Shown here: in pieces, positions 21,075 through 31,653 of the stretch
How positions within the stretch are numbered: the first letter of the stretch is position 1
Layout of the letters: every line of letters begins with the position of its first letter
Source: Bacilli bacterium
GTDB lineage: Bacteria > Bacillota_I > Bacilli_A > RF39 > UBA660
Reading direction: 5' to 3'
DNA length: 64,000 nt
Assembly: GCA_017936845.1 (NCBI GenBank)
Contig: JAGBES010000023.1
Coordinates: 26,720 to 90,719, forward strand
The notes under the pieces: generated by a model
Databases searched by the model: none
What the model saw: the letters and a program-made list of their open reading frames with translations, nothing else
What the model was told of the DNA's origin: nothing
Program-made: the position numbers and the translations under genes

Positions 21075-23038
21075 TGTAATTGTTCTTTAGACATCTTAGT
21101 GTAACCTTTTATTTTATATTCACGAGCTAAATCTTTAAGTTCTGCTAGTGTTAAATCTTCAAGTGATAGTTCTTTAAAATCACTTTCATCTATTTCATCA
21201 TCATCACTAGGTAAACATCCATTTTTTACTAAGTAGTCAATTTGTTCTTTTGTTATTGTTTCACATTCTATTAATGTATTAGCTATTAAATCTAATAATT
21301 TTCTTTCTTTTTTAAGGATTCTAGTAGCTTCTTTGTAACATTCATCTATTATTTTTCTCATTTCTTGATCAATTTCAAAAGCTACTTGTCCTGAGAAATT
21401 ACGACTTTTATTATAATCTCTTCCTAAGAAAACACTACCTTCTTGTTGTTCTAATTGCATAGGTCCTAATGAACTCATACCATATTCTGTAACCATAGCA
21501 CGAGCTATTTTTGTTGCTTGCTCAAAGTCATTATGAGCACCTGTTGAAATTTCACCAATTACTAATTCTTCAGCAACACGACCTCCCATAAGTCCAATTA
21601 TTCTTTCTGTTAATTCTTTTTTAGTTGCTGTAAATCTTTCTTCTTTTGGAAGCATCATTGTATATCCACCTGCATATCCTCTTGGAATAATTGTTATTTT
21701 TTGGACATCATTTGCTCCATCTAATTTTATACCAAGCACTGCATGTCCTGCTTCATGATAAGCAACCATACGTTTTTCTTCGTCTGTATATTTCTTAGAT
21801 TTTTTTGCTGGTCCCATTAATACTCTATCATGAGCTTCATCTATTTCTGACATAGTAATTGCTTTTTTATTTTTTCTTACAGCAAGAAGTGCTGCTTCAT
21901 TTAATAAGTTTTCTAAATCTGCTCCACTAAATCCTACTGTACGACTTGCTATATTGGATAAATTTACATTTTTAGAAAAGATCTTATTTCTTGCATGTAC
22001 AGCAAGTATTTCTTCTCTTCCTTTTTTATCTGGTAAATTTACTTGTACTTGTCTATCAAATCTACCAGGTCTTAAAAGAGCTGGATCAAGTACATCTGGA
22101 CGGTTTGTTGCAGCTATTATTATGATTCCTTCATTTTCACCAAAGCCATCCATTTCAGTTAGTAATTGGTTTAAAGTTTGTTCTCTTTCATCATGTCCTC
22201 CACCAATTCCTGATCCTCTTTGTCTACCAACTGCATCTATTTCATCTATAAAAATTAAACATGGAGCATTATGTTTTGCTTGTTTAAACATATCTCTAAC
22301 ACGACTAGCTCCAACACCTACAAATAATTCAACAAAATCTGAACCACTTATAAAATAGAATGGGACATTGGCTTCTCCAGCTACTGCTCTTGCTAATAAT
22401 GTTTTACCTGTTCCTGGAGGACCAACTAATAATACTCCTTTAGGAATTCTTGCTCCTAATTTTTGAAATTTTTTTGGATCTTTTAAGAAATCAATTAATT
22501 CTTGCACTTCTTCTTTTTCCTCTTTAAGACCAGCAACTTCATTAAAAGTTACTTTTTTACTATCCTCATTTAATCTAGCTCTACTTTTACCAAAATCCAT
22601 TGATTTATTTGCAGAACTCATTTGTCTTGTAATAAAGAAAAATGCTACTCCTATTAATACCACAAAAGGTAAGATATTTAATGCTATATAAAGTAATGTG
22701 CTTGATGATGGATCTGCTGATGTTTTTATTTTAAATTCATTTGCTTCTTCGCCTATTAAAATTTGTGACATAACTTCTTCTGATAGTGGTGCTCTAAGGA
22801 AAAAGTTCTCATCTTTTTGATAATCCTTTAATTTTCCACTTATTTCATATACTTTAGCATTACTTCTTGGAGTAATGTTTATTTCTACTATATTACCTTT
22901 ATTCATTTGATTTATAAATTCATCATAAGTTAAATAATTAGTCTTTTTATTTGTAATATTTATAAAGTATAAAACTCCTAACATTATTAATAAAATCCCT
23001 AAATATGGGGTTAAACCTCTTCTTACTTTTTTATTCAT
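21050..23038 (-). CDS. ftsH: ATP-dependent zinc metalloprotease FtsH
   Basis: 662 aa with an N-terminal TM helix, AAA Walker [12 protein letters not shown], and HEAGH zinc motif. Confidence 0.96.
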   Translation of the reverse strand: MNKKVRRGLTPYLGILLIMLGVLYFINITNKKTNYLTYDEFINQMNKGNIVEINITPRSNAKVYEISGKLKDYQKDENFFLRAPLSEEVMSQILIGEEANEFKIKTSADPSSSTLLYIALNILPFVVLIGVAFFFITRQMSSANKSMDFGKSRARLNEDSKKVTFNEVAGLKEEKEEVQELIDFLKDPKKFQKLGARIPKGVLLVGPPGTGKTLLARAVAGEANVPFYFISGSDFVELFVGVGASRVRDMFKQAKHNAPCLIFIDEIDAVGRQRGSGIGGGHDEREQTLNQLLTEMDGFGENEGIIIIAATNRPDVLDPALLRPGRFDRQVQVNLPDKKGREEILAVHARNKIFSKNVNLSNIASRTVGFSGADLENLLNEAALLAVRKNKKAITMSEIDEAHDRVLMGPAKKSKKYTDEEKRMVAYHEAGHAVLGIKLDGANDVQKITIIPRGYAGGYTMMLPKEERFTATKKELTERIIGLMGGRVAEELVIGEISTGAHNDFEQATKIARAMVTEYGMSSLGPMQLEQQEGSVFLGRDYNKSRNFSGQVAFEIDQEMRKIIDECYKEATRILKKERKLLDLIANTLIECETITKEQIDYLVKNGCLPSDDDEIDESDFKELSLEDLTLAELKDLAREYKIKGYTKMSKEQLQKELEKYI

Positions 23039-23050
23039 TATAATTCCTCC

Positions 23051-24373
23051 TTACTGATACTTAAGTATTATATCATAATTTTTATCTTTTGTTTTATCAA
23101 ATTTAGATTTTTTTAATCCTGGTAACCAAACTACTATTCCTCTTGAATCTATAACTATTGGCCATGTATTTCTTTTATCAACATCTATTTTACTGTTGAT
23201 AAAAATATCATTTACTTTTTTTGAACCATTTAATCCTTTTACTTCTATTTTGTCACCATGTTTTCTATTTCTTACATATAAAGGAAATAAAACTTCATCT
23301 TTGCTTAATCTACAAATATAATTACTATCACTATCAGTACTTTCTATTACTTCAATTTGATGATTATTTGGTAATTTAACATAATCTATTATTTCAATCT
23401 CATAATCTTGTATTTCTTCTTTTTTTTGACTAAATTTTAATTTATTATAAGTTTTAATTACAATTAAATTATTTGGTAAATCTATTTTGGTATTTGCTCT
23501 TTTACTAAGTGTTAAATCATATATCATTGAAGCATGTACATCTGTTATTAAAAATAAATCTTCTTGATATATATCTTCTAGTATTGAATATATTAATTTA
23601 AAAGCAATTATATATTCAAGTTCTTTAAATTTATCTAAATCCAAAACATTATTTAAATAGATTTCTTCCTTTTTATTTTTAATTTCTTTATCTATATAAT
23701 TATTATATTCTGTTAATAATTTACTAAATTTATAAAATTTTAAATGAACATTTTTATCTTCCATTTTTAAATTTGGTAATATATTTTTACGATAACGATT
23801 TCTAGTATAATGTTCATCATAATTAGTTTTATCTATAAAATATTTTATATTATTTTCTTCATTATATTTTAAAATATCTTCTTTTGTTATTTCTATTAAT
23901 GGTCTTATTATTTTATAATTTTCTTTTTCTGTTTCTTTTGAAAATCCAGCATATCCTTTTAATGATGAACCTCTTACAATTCTCATTAAAATTGTTTCTA
24001 TTAAATCATCACCATGATGAGCTGTAAATAAATATGATGCATTATATTTTTTGATTAATTTATTAAAATATTCATATCTTTTATTTCTCGCTTCATTTTC
24101 AAAATTATCATCACTATAATTTTCTATTTTCATAGTTTCAAATATTAAATTATTTTTTTCACAATAATTTTTTACATATTCTTGTTCTTCTTGTTGACCA
24201 ATTCTTCCTGTATTATGATTTACATGAGCACATATAATTTGCATATTTTTTTGTTTTCTAACTTGCATAACTAAATGAAGTAATGCCATTGAATCTGGAC
24301 CACCACTTGTTGCGACTACTACTGTATCATCATTTTTTATTAGTTTATCTAAATATTTATATGCTTCATTCAT
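23051..24373 (-). CDS. tilS: tRNA(Ile)-lysidine synthetase
   Basis: PP-loop SGGPDS near the N-terminus. 440 aa; adjacent to ftsH as in Bacillus. Confidence 0.88.
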   Translation of the reverse strand: MNEAYKYLDKLIKNDDTVVVATSGGPDSMALLHLVMQVRKQKNMQIICAHVNHNTGRIGQQEEQEYVKNYCEKNNLIFETMKIENYSDDNFENEARNKRYEYFNKLIKKYNASYLFTAHHGDDLIETILMRIVRGSSLKGYAGFSKETEKENYKIIRPLIEITKEDILKYNEENNIKYFIDKTNYDEHYTRNRYRKNILPNLKMEDKNVHLKFYKFSKLLTEYNNYIDKEIKNKKEEIYLNNVLDLDKFKELEYIIAFKLIYSILEDIYQEDLFLITDVHASMIYDLTLSKRANTKIDLPNNLIVIKTYNKLKFSQKKEEIQDYEIEIIDYVKLPNNHQIEVIESTDSDSNYICRLSKDEVLFPLYVRNRKHGDKIEVKGLNGSKKVNDIFINSKIDVDKRNTWPIVIDSRGIVVWLPGLKKSKFDKTKDKNYDIILKYQ

Positions 24374-24422
24374 GAAATCACCTCTACATAATTTTATAAC
24401 ATTTTTATATATTAATCAATTT

Positions 24423-25085
24423 TTACCATTTAATTGGTTCAATATTATTTTTTATTAGGAAATTATTAGTTTTTGAAAATGGCTTACTACCAAAAAAGCC
24501 TCTAGATGCTGATAAGGGTGATGGATGAACACTTTCTAATATTAAATGTTTTTTATTTTTTATTAGTTCTTTTTTACTTCTTGCATAACTTCCCCAAAAT
24601 ATAAAAACAATTGGTTTTTCCCTTTCACCTAATATTTCAATTAATCTATCAGTAAATATTTCCCAACCTTTATTTTTGTGTGAAAGTGGAGTATCTTTTA
24701 CTACTGTCATTATCGAATTTAAAAGTAAGACACCCTGTTTTGCCCAATCTGTTAAATCTGTTTTAGTTCTTTTTATATGTAAATCAGAATCTAATTCTTT
24801 AAATATATTCATTAAAGACGGTGGCATTTTAACACCTTCTTTTACTGAAAAAGAAAGGCCATGAGCTTCATTTTCTCCATGATAAGGATCTTGTCCCAAT
24901 ATTACTACTTTTACTTCATCATAATCAGTATATCTAAGAGCATTAAATATATCTTTATATTTTGGATATATAGTTTTTTTATTATATTGATCTTTTATAA
25001 ATATACCTAAATTTTTAAAATATTCTTTTTTCATTTCTTCTTTTAAGATAACATCCCACTTCTTATTAATCATAAATTTCACCAA
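24423..25085 (-). CDS. ung: uracil-DNA glycosylase
   Basis: GQDPYH and HPSPLS motifs. 220 aa. Confidence 0.9.
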   Translation of the reverse strand: MVKFMINKKWDVILKEEMKKEYFKNLGIFIKDQYNKKTIYPKYKDIFNALRYTDYDEVKVVILGQDPYHGENEAHGLSFSVKEGVKMPPSLMNIFKELDSDLHIKRTKTDLTDWAKQGVLLLNSIMTVVKDTPLSHKNKGWEIFTDRLIEILGEREKPIVFIFWGSYARSKKELIKNKKHLILESVHPSPLSASRGFFGSKPFSKTNNFLIKNNIEPIKW

Positions 25086-25095
25086 TTATATTGTA

Positions 25096-26421
25096 TCATA
25101 CTTTAGATTTATTTAATCTTATTTCTACATTTTTTCTTAGCATTATAATACTATATATATTTATTATAGCTTCAATAGCTACTAATATATCTACAAATAA
25201 CCATATAGTATTTGATTTTATTAAACATCCTAGAAATAAAATTATAATAGTTAAAACTTTTAAATATAACAAATATCTTTTTTTTATATTTGTAAAAAAG
25301 TATTTTAAACTTGCTTCCCCATCATAATAACCTGTTAAAATAGTTGTAAAAGAAAATAATATAATTGATATAAACACTAAATAATTACCTATATTCCCCA
25401 AATGATAAGTAAAAGCATATTGTGTTATTTCAATTCCATTAACATCATTTAAAATTATATTTTGATATGGGCTTGTTAAAATAATAATAGCTGTTGATGT
25501 ACAAATAATAAGAGTTGTCAAATAAACCCCTATCATTTGAATATATCCTTGTGATATTGAATCATTTGTATCTACTGTAGATGAAGCAATTGCTCCTGTA
25601 CCTAGCCCAGCTTCATTTGAAAAAATACCTCTTTGCACACCTATCACTAAAGTACCCAAAAAACCACTAAAAAATGGTTTTAAATCAAATGCATCTTTTA
25701 TTATTGAAAAAAATATATCAGGTACTATATCTATGTTTTTTATACAAATTAAAATTGCAATAAAAACATAACTAATTGTCATAAATGGTACTATCTTACT
25801 TGCAGTTGCAGCTATTCTTTTTATTCCACCAAATATAATAAAAGATGTTATAACTGATATAAAAATACCTATTACTATAGGAGATATTGTAAATATTTGA
25901 TTAAGAGACTTTGTTATTGTATTTGATTGTATACTTAAAAAGCCACATACATAACTTAATATTACAATAATAGCATACACTCCTCCTAAAAACTTATTAT
26001 TTAACCCCTTTTTTATATAATAACTTGGACCACCTTTATACACATTATTCTCATCTTTTTCTTTATAAATTACACCTAGTACAGTTTCTACAAAGCTATT
26101 AGCAGCTCCTATTAAAGCTATAATCCACATCCAAAATATAGAACCTACTCCACCTAAATATATTGCTAGGGCTACTCCTGCTATACTTCCAACACCTATT
26201 CTTCCTGCTAAAACCATCATTAATGTTTGATATGGTTTTATTCCACTAGTTTCTTTCTTTATAAATAAACTTTTAAACATTGTTTTTATTTTAAACTGAA
26301 CCCCTTTTAATGAGAAAGTAAAATATAAGCCTGATAAAACTATAAATATAGTTGCTATAGCCCACAAAACTTTATTTAAAATAACCATAGTATCACCAAA
26401 AAACATTTTAAAACAAATCAA
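25096..26421 (-). CDS. sodium:alanine (AGCS family) symporter
   Basis: 441 aa, polytopic, with the AGCS signature GGPSYYI. The true start is probably the internal MVILNK, near 26388. Confidence 0.75.
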   Translation of the reverse strand: MICFKMFFGDTMVILNKVLWAIATIFIVLSGLYFTFSLKGVQFKIKTMFKSLFIKKETSGIKPYQTLMMVLAGRIGVGSIAGVALAIYLGGVGSIFWMWIIALIGAANSFVETVLGVIYKEKDENNVYKGGPSYYIKKGLNNKFLGGVYAIIVILSYVCGFLSIQSNTITKSLNQIFTISPIVIGIFISVITSFIIFGGIKRIAATASKIVPFMTISYVFIAILICIKNIDIVPDIFFSIIKDAFDLKPFFSGFLGTLVIGVQRGIFSNEAGLGTGAIASSTVDTNDSISQGYIQMIGVYLTTLIICTSTAIIILTSPYQNIILNDVNGIEITQYAFTYHLGNIGNYLVFISIILFSFTTILTGYYDGEASLKYFFTNIKKRYLLYLKVLTIIILFLGCLIKSNTIWLFVDILVAIEAIINIYSIIMLRKNVEIRLNKSKV

Positions 26422-26470
26422 TGTCTTAAAATGTCTTTTAATGTAATTTATTTATGTTTTAGATAATATT

Positions 26471-26878
26471 TTATTTAAATTTTCTAACAAGTTGTTTTTG
26501 CGGATATCTATTACAAGCATTAAACAAATTTTGATATTTATGTTTTGTCTTTTCTATTAATTGTTCTTTTATTTCTTCTTTTGTATAGATTTCTTGTTGT
26601 TCTAAAAACCATTTCTGTAAATTAAGAAAATTTTTCATATATTCATGGACACTATATGCAACTACAGGAATATATATTGCTACATTTTGTTTTTCAAAAT
26701 CGTCACATTTATCTAAATCAACATTGTAAGGATTTCCAGTTTCTAAATTTAAATATAATTTATATTCACCTTTAGGATTACCATCATAAGTAAGATAATC
26801 ATTATTTTGACCAAATTTTCTATCTTTTATATATGTTCCACTATAAATCATTATATTATCTTTTACTTCTTCTAGCAT
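26471..26878 (-). CDS. hypothetical protein (135 aa)
   Basis: Codon usage matches the surrounding genes; it is co-directional with and abuts ksgA. No family recognised. Confidence 0.5.
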   Translation of the reverse strand: MLEEVKDNIMIYSGTYIKDRKFGQNNDYLTYDGNPKGEYKLYLNLETGNPYNVDLDKCDDFEKQNVAIYIPVVAYSVHEYMKNFLNLQKWFLEQQEIYTKEEIKEQLIEKTKHKYQNLFNACNRYPQKQLVRKFK

Positions 26879-27717
26879 TTATTTTCCTCCTTTAAATTAT
26901 TTGCTATTTCTATAAAAATATCTATAGTTAATTGTTCTGCTCTAACTGATAAATCATAATTGTATTTTTTTAAGATTTCTTCTATTTTTAACAAATTATA
27001 TTCTTTTAAATTGTTTTTTAGAGTTTTTCTTTTTTGTTTAAAAGCATCTCTTATTAATTTAAAAAATAATTCTTTATTTGTTACTTCTTTTAAGTTTTCT
27101 TTTTTCTTAAATTCCACTACAATACTATCAACATTTGGTTTAGGTAAAAAAACGTTTTTACTTATATCAAGTAATTTTTTTACATCAAAATAATAATTTA
27201 GAAAAACAGATAAAGAACTATAGTCTTTACTACCTGGAGTTGCTTTAAATCTATCTCCTACTTCTTTTTGAACCATTACTACCATTTTATCTACTTTTAT
27301 ATTGTCTTCTATTATTTTTATAATAATTGGAGTTGTTATATAATATGGTAAATTGGCAACCACATATAATTTTTTATATTCATATTTTTTTATCTGTTCT
27401 AAAACATTTGCTTTTAAAAAATCTTGATATACTATTTCTACATTTTCTTTTTCTTTTAATGTTTCATTTAAAACTTCTTTTAAAGTTGTATCTATTTCAT
27501 AACATATAACATTTTTAGCTTTTTCACTCAATTTATATGTTAATGACCCTGCTCCTGGACCTATTTCTATTACCAAAGTTTCCTTATCAATATTAGCCGC
27601 ATTTATTATATTAGTTATTATATTTTCATCTATTATAAAATTTTGTCCATATATTTTTTTTAAATTGAATCCATGTTTATTTAATAATTCTTTCATTTTT
27701 ATTGGTGAATAGTACAT
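26872..27717 (-). CDS. rsmA: 16S rRNA (adenine1518/1519-N6)-dimethyltransferase
   Basis: KsgA motifs (LGQNFI..., a SAM-binding EIGPGAGSLT). An RBS GGAAGTGA precedes the ATG at 27717; the ORF track extends it to 27765. Confidence 0.9.
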   Translation of the reverse strand: MYYSPIKMKELLNKHGFNLKKIYGQNFIIDENIITNIINAANIDKETLVIEIGPGAGSLTYKLSEKAKNVICYEIDTTLKEVLNETLKEKENVEIVYQDFLKANVLEQIKKYEYKKLYVVANLPYYITTPIIIKIIEDNIKVDKMVVMVQKEVGDRFKATPGSKDYSSLSVFLNYYFDVKKLLDISKNVFLPKPNVDSIVVEFKKKENLKEVTNKELFFKLIRDAFKQKRKTLKNNLKEYNLLKIEEILKKYNYDLSVRAEQLTIDIFIEIANNLKEENKC

Positions 27718-27795
27718 GATATCACTTCCTAGTAAAATTATATAAAAATTTATTATAAAAAACAATATAGGTTCTTAATAAAATTAAAAAGATGG

Positions 27796-28479
27796 TTACC
27801 ATCCCCATCTTTGTACACTAAATTTAATATTTCTTCCTGTTAAATTATCTGAACCTGCCATAGCATTTGTTGTATAAGCTAAGTCCATCCATACTTCTCC
27901 ATTTGCCCAAGCTTGTCTCATGCTTCCACCTGTATCAAGTACAATACCTACAAATGGTTCAACCCCAGGTTTATTTACAACAATAATTGTACCACATTTA
28001 AATTTTGTTGTTGCTGCAGCTAATATTCTTACTTTTCCATATTCAGAATCATCATAATAAATACCATCTTTTACTAAATTATGTTTTGTTTTTGTTGTAC
28101 AAGCTAAATTTCCTTTACCTGTACATCCTTTACAATCTGGACCATAACCAGTTAATCTTCCTGTATATTCTGCTAAAGCTACTGTTGGTTTTTCAGTAGT
28201 TAATATTTTGTTATTTGTAGTATTTTCTGGCTTTATATTACTTGAACTTTTAGTATATGAAGATTTTGTATTACTTATTTCTTTTTTCTCTTTATTATTA
28301 TTTGGTTTTATCTCACTATCTATTTTAATAAGATTTATAGCATAATTATTTTCAGTTACTATCATATTTTGATGAATATTTTCATTTTCTGAATAAATAT
28401 TTATATTAAATATTGATATAAAAGCTATAAATAACATTCTAAAAAATTTTACAATTATTTCAAGTAAATACAGATTCAT
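27796..28479 (-). CDS. 3D-domain (MltA-like) cell-wall protein, YabE/YuiC-like
   Basis: A signal anchor, a low-complexity linker, and a C-terminal 3D domain (TASG...DLGT...DTGG), next to ksgA as yabE is in Bacillus. Confidence 0.7.
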   Translation of the reverse strand: MNLYLLEIIVKFFRMLFIAFISIFNINIYSENENIHQNMIVTENNYAINLIKIDSEIKPNNNKEKKEISNTKSSYTKSSSNIKPENTTNNKILTTEKPTVALAEYTGRLTGYGPDCKGCTGKGNLACTTKTKHNLVKDGIYYDDSEYGKVRILAAATTKFKCGTIIVVNKPGVEPFVGIVLDTGGSMRQAWANGEVWMDLAYTTNAMAGSDNLTGRNIKFSVQRWGW

Positions 28480-28517
28480 CTTTCCACCTCTTAAGTATAA
28501 AAATCATATCATTTTTT

Positions 28518-29267
28518 TTACCTTAAGTCAAATTGTGATATTGCATTTAAACTGGTAATTTTTTCTACTTCTTCTTCACTTATATTTTTAATTTCAGCTA
28601 TTTTTTTAGATACATATTTAACATTAATAGGTTGATTTTTCTGACCTCTTAATGGTTCTGGTGACAAATAAGGACTATCTGTTTCTAATAATATGTCTTT
28701 TAAATCAATATATTCTACTATTTCTTTTAGTTTTTTACTATTTTTAAATGTTAATACTCCACCTATACCTAATTTTACATTTAATTTTATTAATTCTTTT
28801 GCTATATCTAAACTATAACTAAAGCAATGCATATCTATCTTTAAATCTTTGTATTGTCTTAATATTTTTAATGTATCTAAAGCAGCATCTCTACTATGAA
28901 TAACTACTGGTAATTTATATTTTCTCGCTAATTCAAGTTGATATATAAATACTTCTTTTTGGAATTTCTCATTTTCTCTTCCATAATGATAATCTAATCC
29001 TATTTCACCTATTCCTACTATTTTCGGATTAGTTAAATTTTCTTCTATTTTTTTCATTACACTTAAATCATATTTATCCAACTCAGTCGGATGTAAACCT
29101 ATTGTTCCATAAATATTTTTATATTTATTACATAAATTAATTACATTTAAAGATGTTTCTAAATCTACACCACTTGCTATCATAATATTATCTTTCATAT
29201 TATTTATTATCTCTTCCATGTTATCATAATCGTTCTTATCTAAATGACAATGTGTATCTATTAGCAT
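28518..29267 (-). CDS. tatD: TatD-family metal-dependent DNase/hydrolase
   Basis: MLIDTHCHLD...; 249 aa. Confidence 0.9.
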   Translation of the reverse strand: MLIDTHCHLDKNDYDNMEEIINNMKDNIMIASGVDLETSLNVINLCNKYKNIYGTIGLHPTELDKYDLSVMKKIEENLTNPKIVGIGEIGLDYHYGRENEKFQKEVFIYQLELARKYKLPVVIHSRDAALDTLKILRQYKDLKIDMHCFSYSLDIAKELIKLNVKLGIGGVLTFKNSKKLKEIVEYIDLKDILLETDSPYLSPEPLRGQKNQPINVKYVSKKIAEIKNISEEEVEKITSLNAISQFDLR

Positions 29268-29311
29268 AATATCACCCTCACAAAAAAATTATATCACAAA
29301 TTGATATAATT

Positions 29312-29482
29312 TTATCTTTTAAAACTTATTATTAAATAATGAATCATACAACTTATTACAAATAGTAAATAAAATAAATCCAATGGTTTTCTATCTACTA
29401 TAAAACTACCTAATACTAGCATGCTTAGAAATGATAAAAATATCATCACATATTTCATCTCTTTAGCACTTTCAGGAGTCAT
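29312..29482 (-). CDS. small membrane protein (56 aa, two predicted TM helices); not in the ORF track
   Basis: GGAAG RBS 7 nt before the ATG at 29482. The protein is MTPESAKEMKYVMIFLSFLSMLVLGSFIVDRKPLDLFYLLFVISCMIHYLIISFKR. The stop is followed by the hairpin TTATATCA-ATTTG-TGATATAA and a T7 run (29288..29311). Confidence 0.4.
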   Translation of the reverse strand: MTPESAKEMKYVMIFLSFLSMLVLGSFIVDRKPLDLFYLLFVISCMIHYLIISFKR

Positions 29483-29601
29483 AAGCTAGCTTCCTTTCTA
29501 TTCTAAAATAAAACTACCTTTAAAATATAACATAAAGTTAATTCAAATACAAATATTTTATTTAATTTTTTGTCGACAAATTGCTACATTTTACACTATT
29601 T

Positions 29602-29629
29602 TACAAAAAAATTAGACATTATTGTCTAA
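29602..29629 (-). terminator. metG intrinsic terminator (TTAGACA-AUAA-TGTCTAA plus U7)
   Basis: A 7-bp stem whose loop contains the metG stop codon, followed by TTTTTTTG on the minus strand. Confidence 0.6.
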
Positions 29630-31175
29630 TTAATTCCTTTAATTTTTCTTCTTTATTAATACGATTAAATAATGGTTCTGGATTATTCAAATGTAAACCT
29701 ACATCCATTCCTTTAAAATTTATACTGTCTATAAATTTATTTTCTGTATTAAGTTGATGAAATATTTTATCTGCTGTATCTGGTAAATAAGCTTGTAATA
29801 AAACTGCTCCTGATCTTATTGATTCTAGTAAGTTATATAAAACAGTCTTTAATCTTGCTTCTTTTTCTTTATCTTTTGCTAGAATCCAAGGCATTGTTTC
29901 ATCTATATATTTGTTACATCTTCTAAATACTTCAAATATATTATCTATTGCATCTGCACATCTTAAATCATCCATATTTTTTTCTACTTTTGAAGGCATT
30001 TCCAAAACTAATTTTTTTAATTCTTCATCGATAGGTTCAAAACATGTAGGTTCATATACTATTCCATCAAAATATTTATGACACATTGAAATAGTTCTAT
30101 TTACTAAATTACCTAAAATATTTGCTAAATCAGAATTAATTCTTTCAATTAAAAGTTCATATGTAAATATACCATCTTGAGCATAAGGAATTTCATGTAA
30201 TAAATAATATCTAATAGCATCTACTCCAAATTCTTTTACTAATTGATCAGCATATATAATATTTCCTTTTGACTTACTCATTTTATCTTCTCCTGATAAA
30301 ACCCATGGATGACCAAATATTTTTTTTGGTAATGGTAAATCTAATGCCATTAACATAATTGGCCAGTAAATTGTATGAAAACGTAATATATCTTTTCCTA
30401 TTAAATGCACATCTGCAGGCCAATACTTTTTAAATTCTTCTGTACTATTATCTATATCATATCCTAAGAAAGTAATATAATTACTTAATGCATCAATCCA
30501 TACATATATAACATGTTTTTCATCAAATGAAACTGGAATTCCCCATTTAAATGAAGTTCTTGATATACATAAATCTTGTAAACCAGGTTTAAGGAAATTA
30601 TTTACAATTTCATTTTTTCTACTTTCTGGCTTTATAAAATCTGGATGACTTTCTATATACTCTTCTAATCTCTTAGTATAATTTGATAATTTAAAAAAGT
30701 ATGCTTCTTCACTTGCTTTCGTTACTTCTCTACCACAATCTGGACATTTAGAGTCAACTAATTGAGATTCAGTAAAAAAAGATTCACATGGAGTACAATA
30801 TAGTCCTTCATATTTTCCTTTATATATATCACCTTTATCATATAATTTTTTAAATATTTTTTGTACTTTTTCCTTATGTACAGGATTTGTTGTTCTTACA
30901 AATTTGTCATAGCTTGTATTCATTACATCCCATATGTTTCTAACCTCTAAAGAAATATTATCAACATATTCTTGAGGTAAAATTCCTTGTTCTTCTGCTT
31001 TCAATTCTATTTTTTGACCATGCTCATCTGTTCCAGTTTGAAAATAAACATTATATCCTGTTAATCTTTTATAACGAGCAATTGCATCAGCCAATACTAT
31101 TTCATAAGTATTTCCTATATGTGGTTTTGCTGAAGCATAAGCTATTGCTGTTGAAATATAAAAATTCTTTTCCAT
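29619..31175 (-). CDS. metG: methionyl-tRNA synthetase (short form, 518 aa)
   Basis: HIGN (HIGH-type) and KMSKS motifs. An RBS AGGAGGGA precedes the ATG at 31175 (MEKNFYI...); the ORF track extends the gene into dut. Confidence 0.93.
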   Translation of the reverse strand: MEKNFYISTAIAYASAKPHIGNTYEIVLADAIARYKRLTGYNVYFQTGTDEHGQKIELKAEEQGILPQEYVDNISLEVRNIWDVMNTSYDKFVRTTNPVHKEKVQKIFKKLYDKGDIYKGKYEGLYCTPCESFFTESQLVDSKCPDCGREVTKASEEAYFFKLSNYTKRLEEYIESHPDFIKPESRKNEIVNNFLKPGLQDLCISRTSFKWGIPVSFDEKHVIYVWIDALSNYITFLGYDIDNSTEEFKKYWPADVHLIGKDILRFHTIYWPIMLMALDLPLPKKIFGHPWVLSGEDKMSKSKGNIIYADQLVKEFGVDAIRYYLLHEIPYAQDGIFTYELLIERINSDLANILGNLVNRTISMCHKYFDGIVYEPTCFEPIDEELKKLVLEMPSKVEKNMDDLRCADAIDNIFEVFRRCNKYIDETMPWILAKDKEKEARLKTVLYNLLESIRSGAVLLQAYLPDTADKIFHQLNTENKFIDSINFKGMDVGLHLNNPEPLFNRINKEEKLKELIRQ

Positions 31176-31185
31176 TGTATCCCTC

Positions 31186-31650
31186 CTAATAATCACTAAT
31201 TCTTTCAGTAAATTTATCTAATTCATTATCTACTTTTAAATATTTTATGAACATACCTTGACATATCCCATCACCTTTTTTGACAATATAATCTTTATCA
31301 CCTTCATTTTTTAAAGCTAAAAACATATGTCCTTCATTATCTTTATTATTATAATAATCTTTATCTATTACTCCAACTTGATTACAAAGTCTTACATTGT
31401 ATTTAAATCCCATGCTACTTCTAACTATTAATAATAAAACTTCATCATCCATCATATTAACTTTTATACCAGTTGGAACTTTTTTTATTTCACCTGGTTT
31501 TATAGTAAAATCTTCTATTGCTTCAAAATCATAACCAGCCGCAAATTTTGTTTCTCTTTTTGGTATATTATATGAATTATATAAATCTTTATCATCTTTA
31601 ATATCTTTTTTAAATTGTTCAAAACTTATTTTTTCAAAATATCTTTTCAT
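31186..31650 (-). CDS. dut: dUTP diphosphatase (trimeric dUTPase family)
   Basis: AAGYDF, RSS, GVID.DY and KGDGICQ motifs. Its stop lies 10 nt upstream of the metG start. Confidence 0.8.
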   Translation of the reverse strand: MKRYFEKISFEQFKKDIKDDKDLYNSYNIPKRETKFAAGYDFEAIEDFTIKPGEIKKVPTGIKVNMMDDEVLLLIVRSSMGFKYNVRLCNQVGVIDKDYYNNKDNEGHMFLALKNEGDKDYIVKKGDGICQGMFIKYLKVDNELDKFTERISDY

Positions 31651-31653
31651 AAC

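Noticed and set aside
25091-25327. A 78-aa plus-strand ORF overlapping the 3' end of the AgcS gene.
   Set aside because: Antisense to the conserved symporter C-terminus. It has no RBS.
29581-29600. The TTTGTCGACAAA palindrome upstream of the small membrane ORF, considered as an operator.
   Set aside because: It is a single 12-bp palindrome with no second copy in the window. I could not tie it to a regulator, so it is left unannotated.
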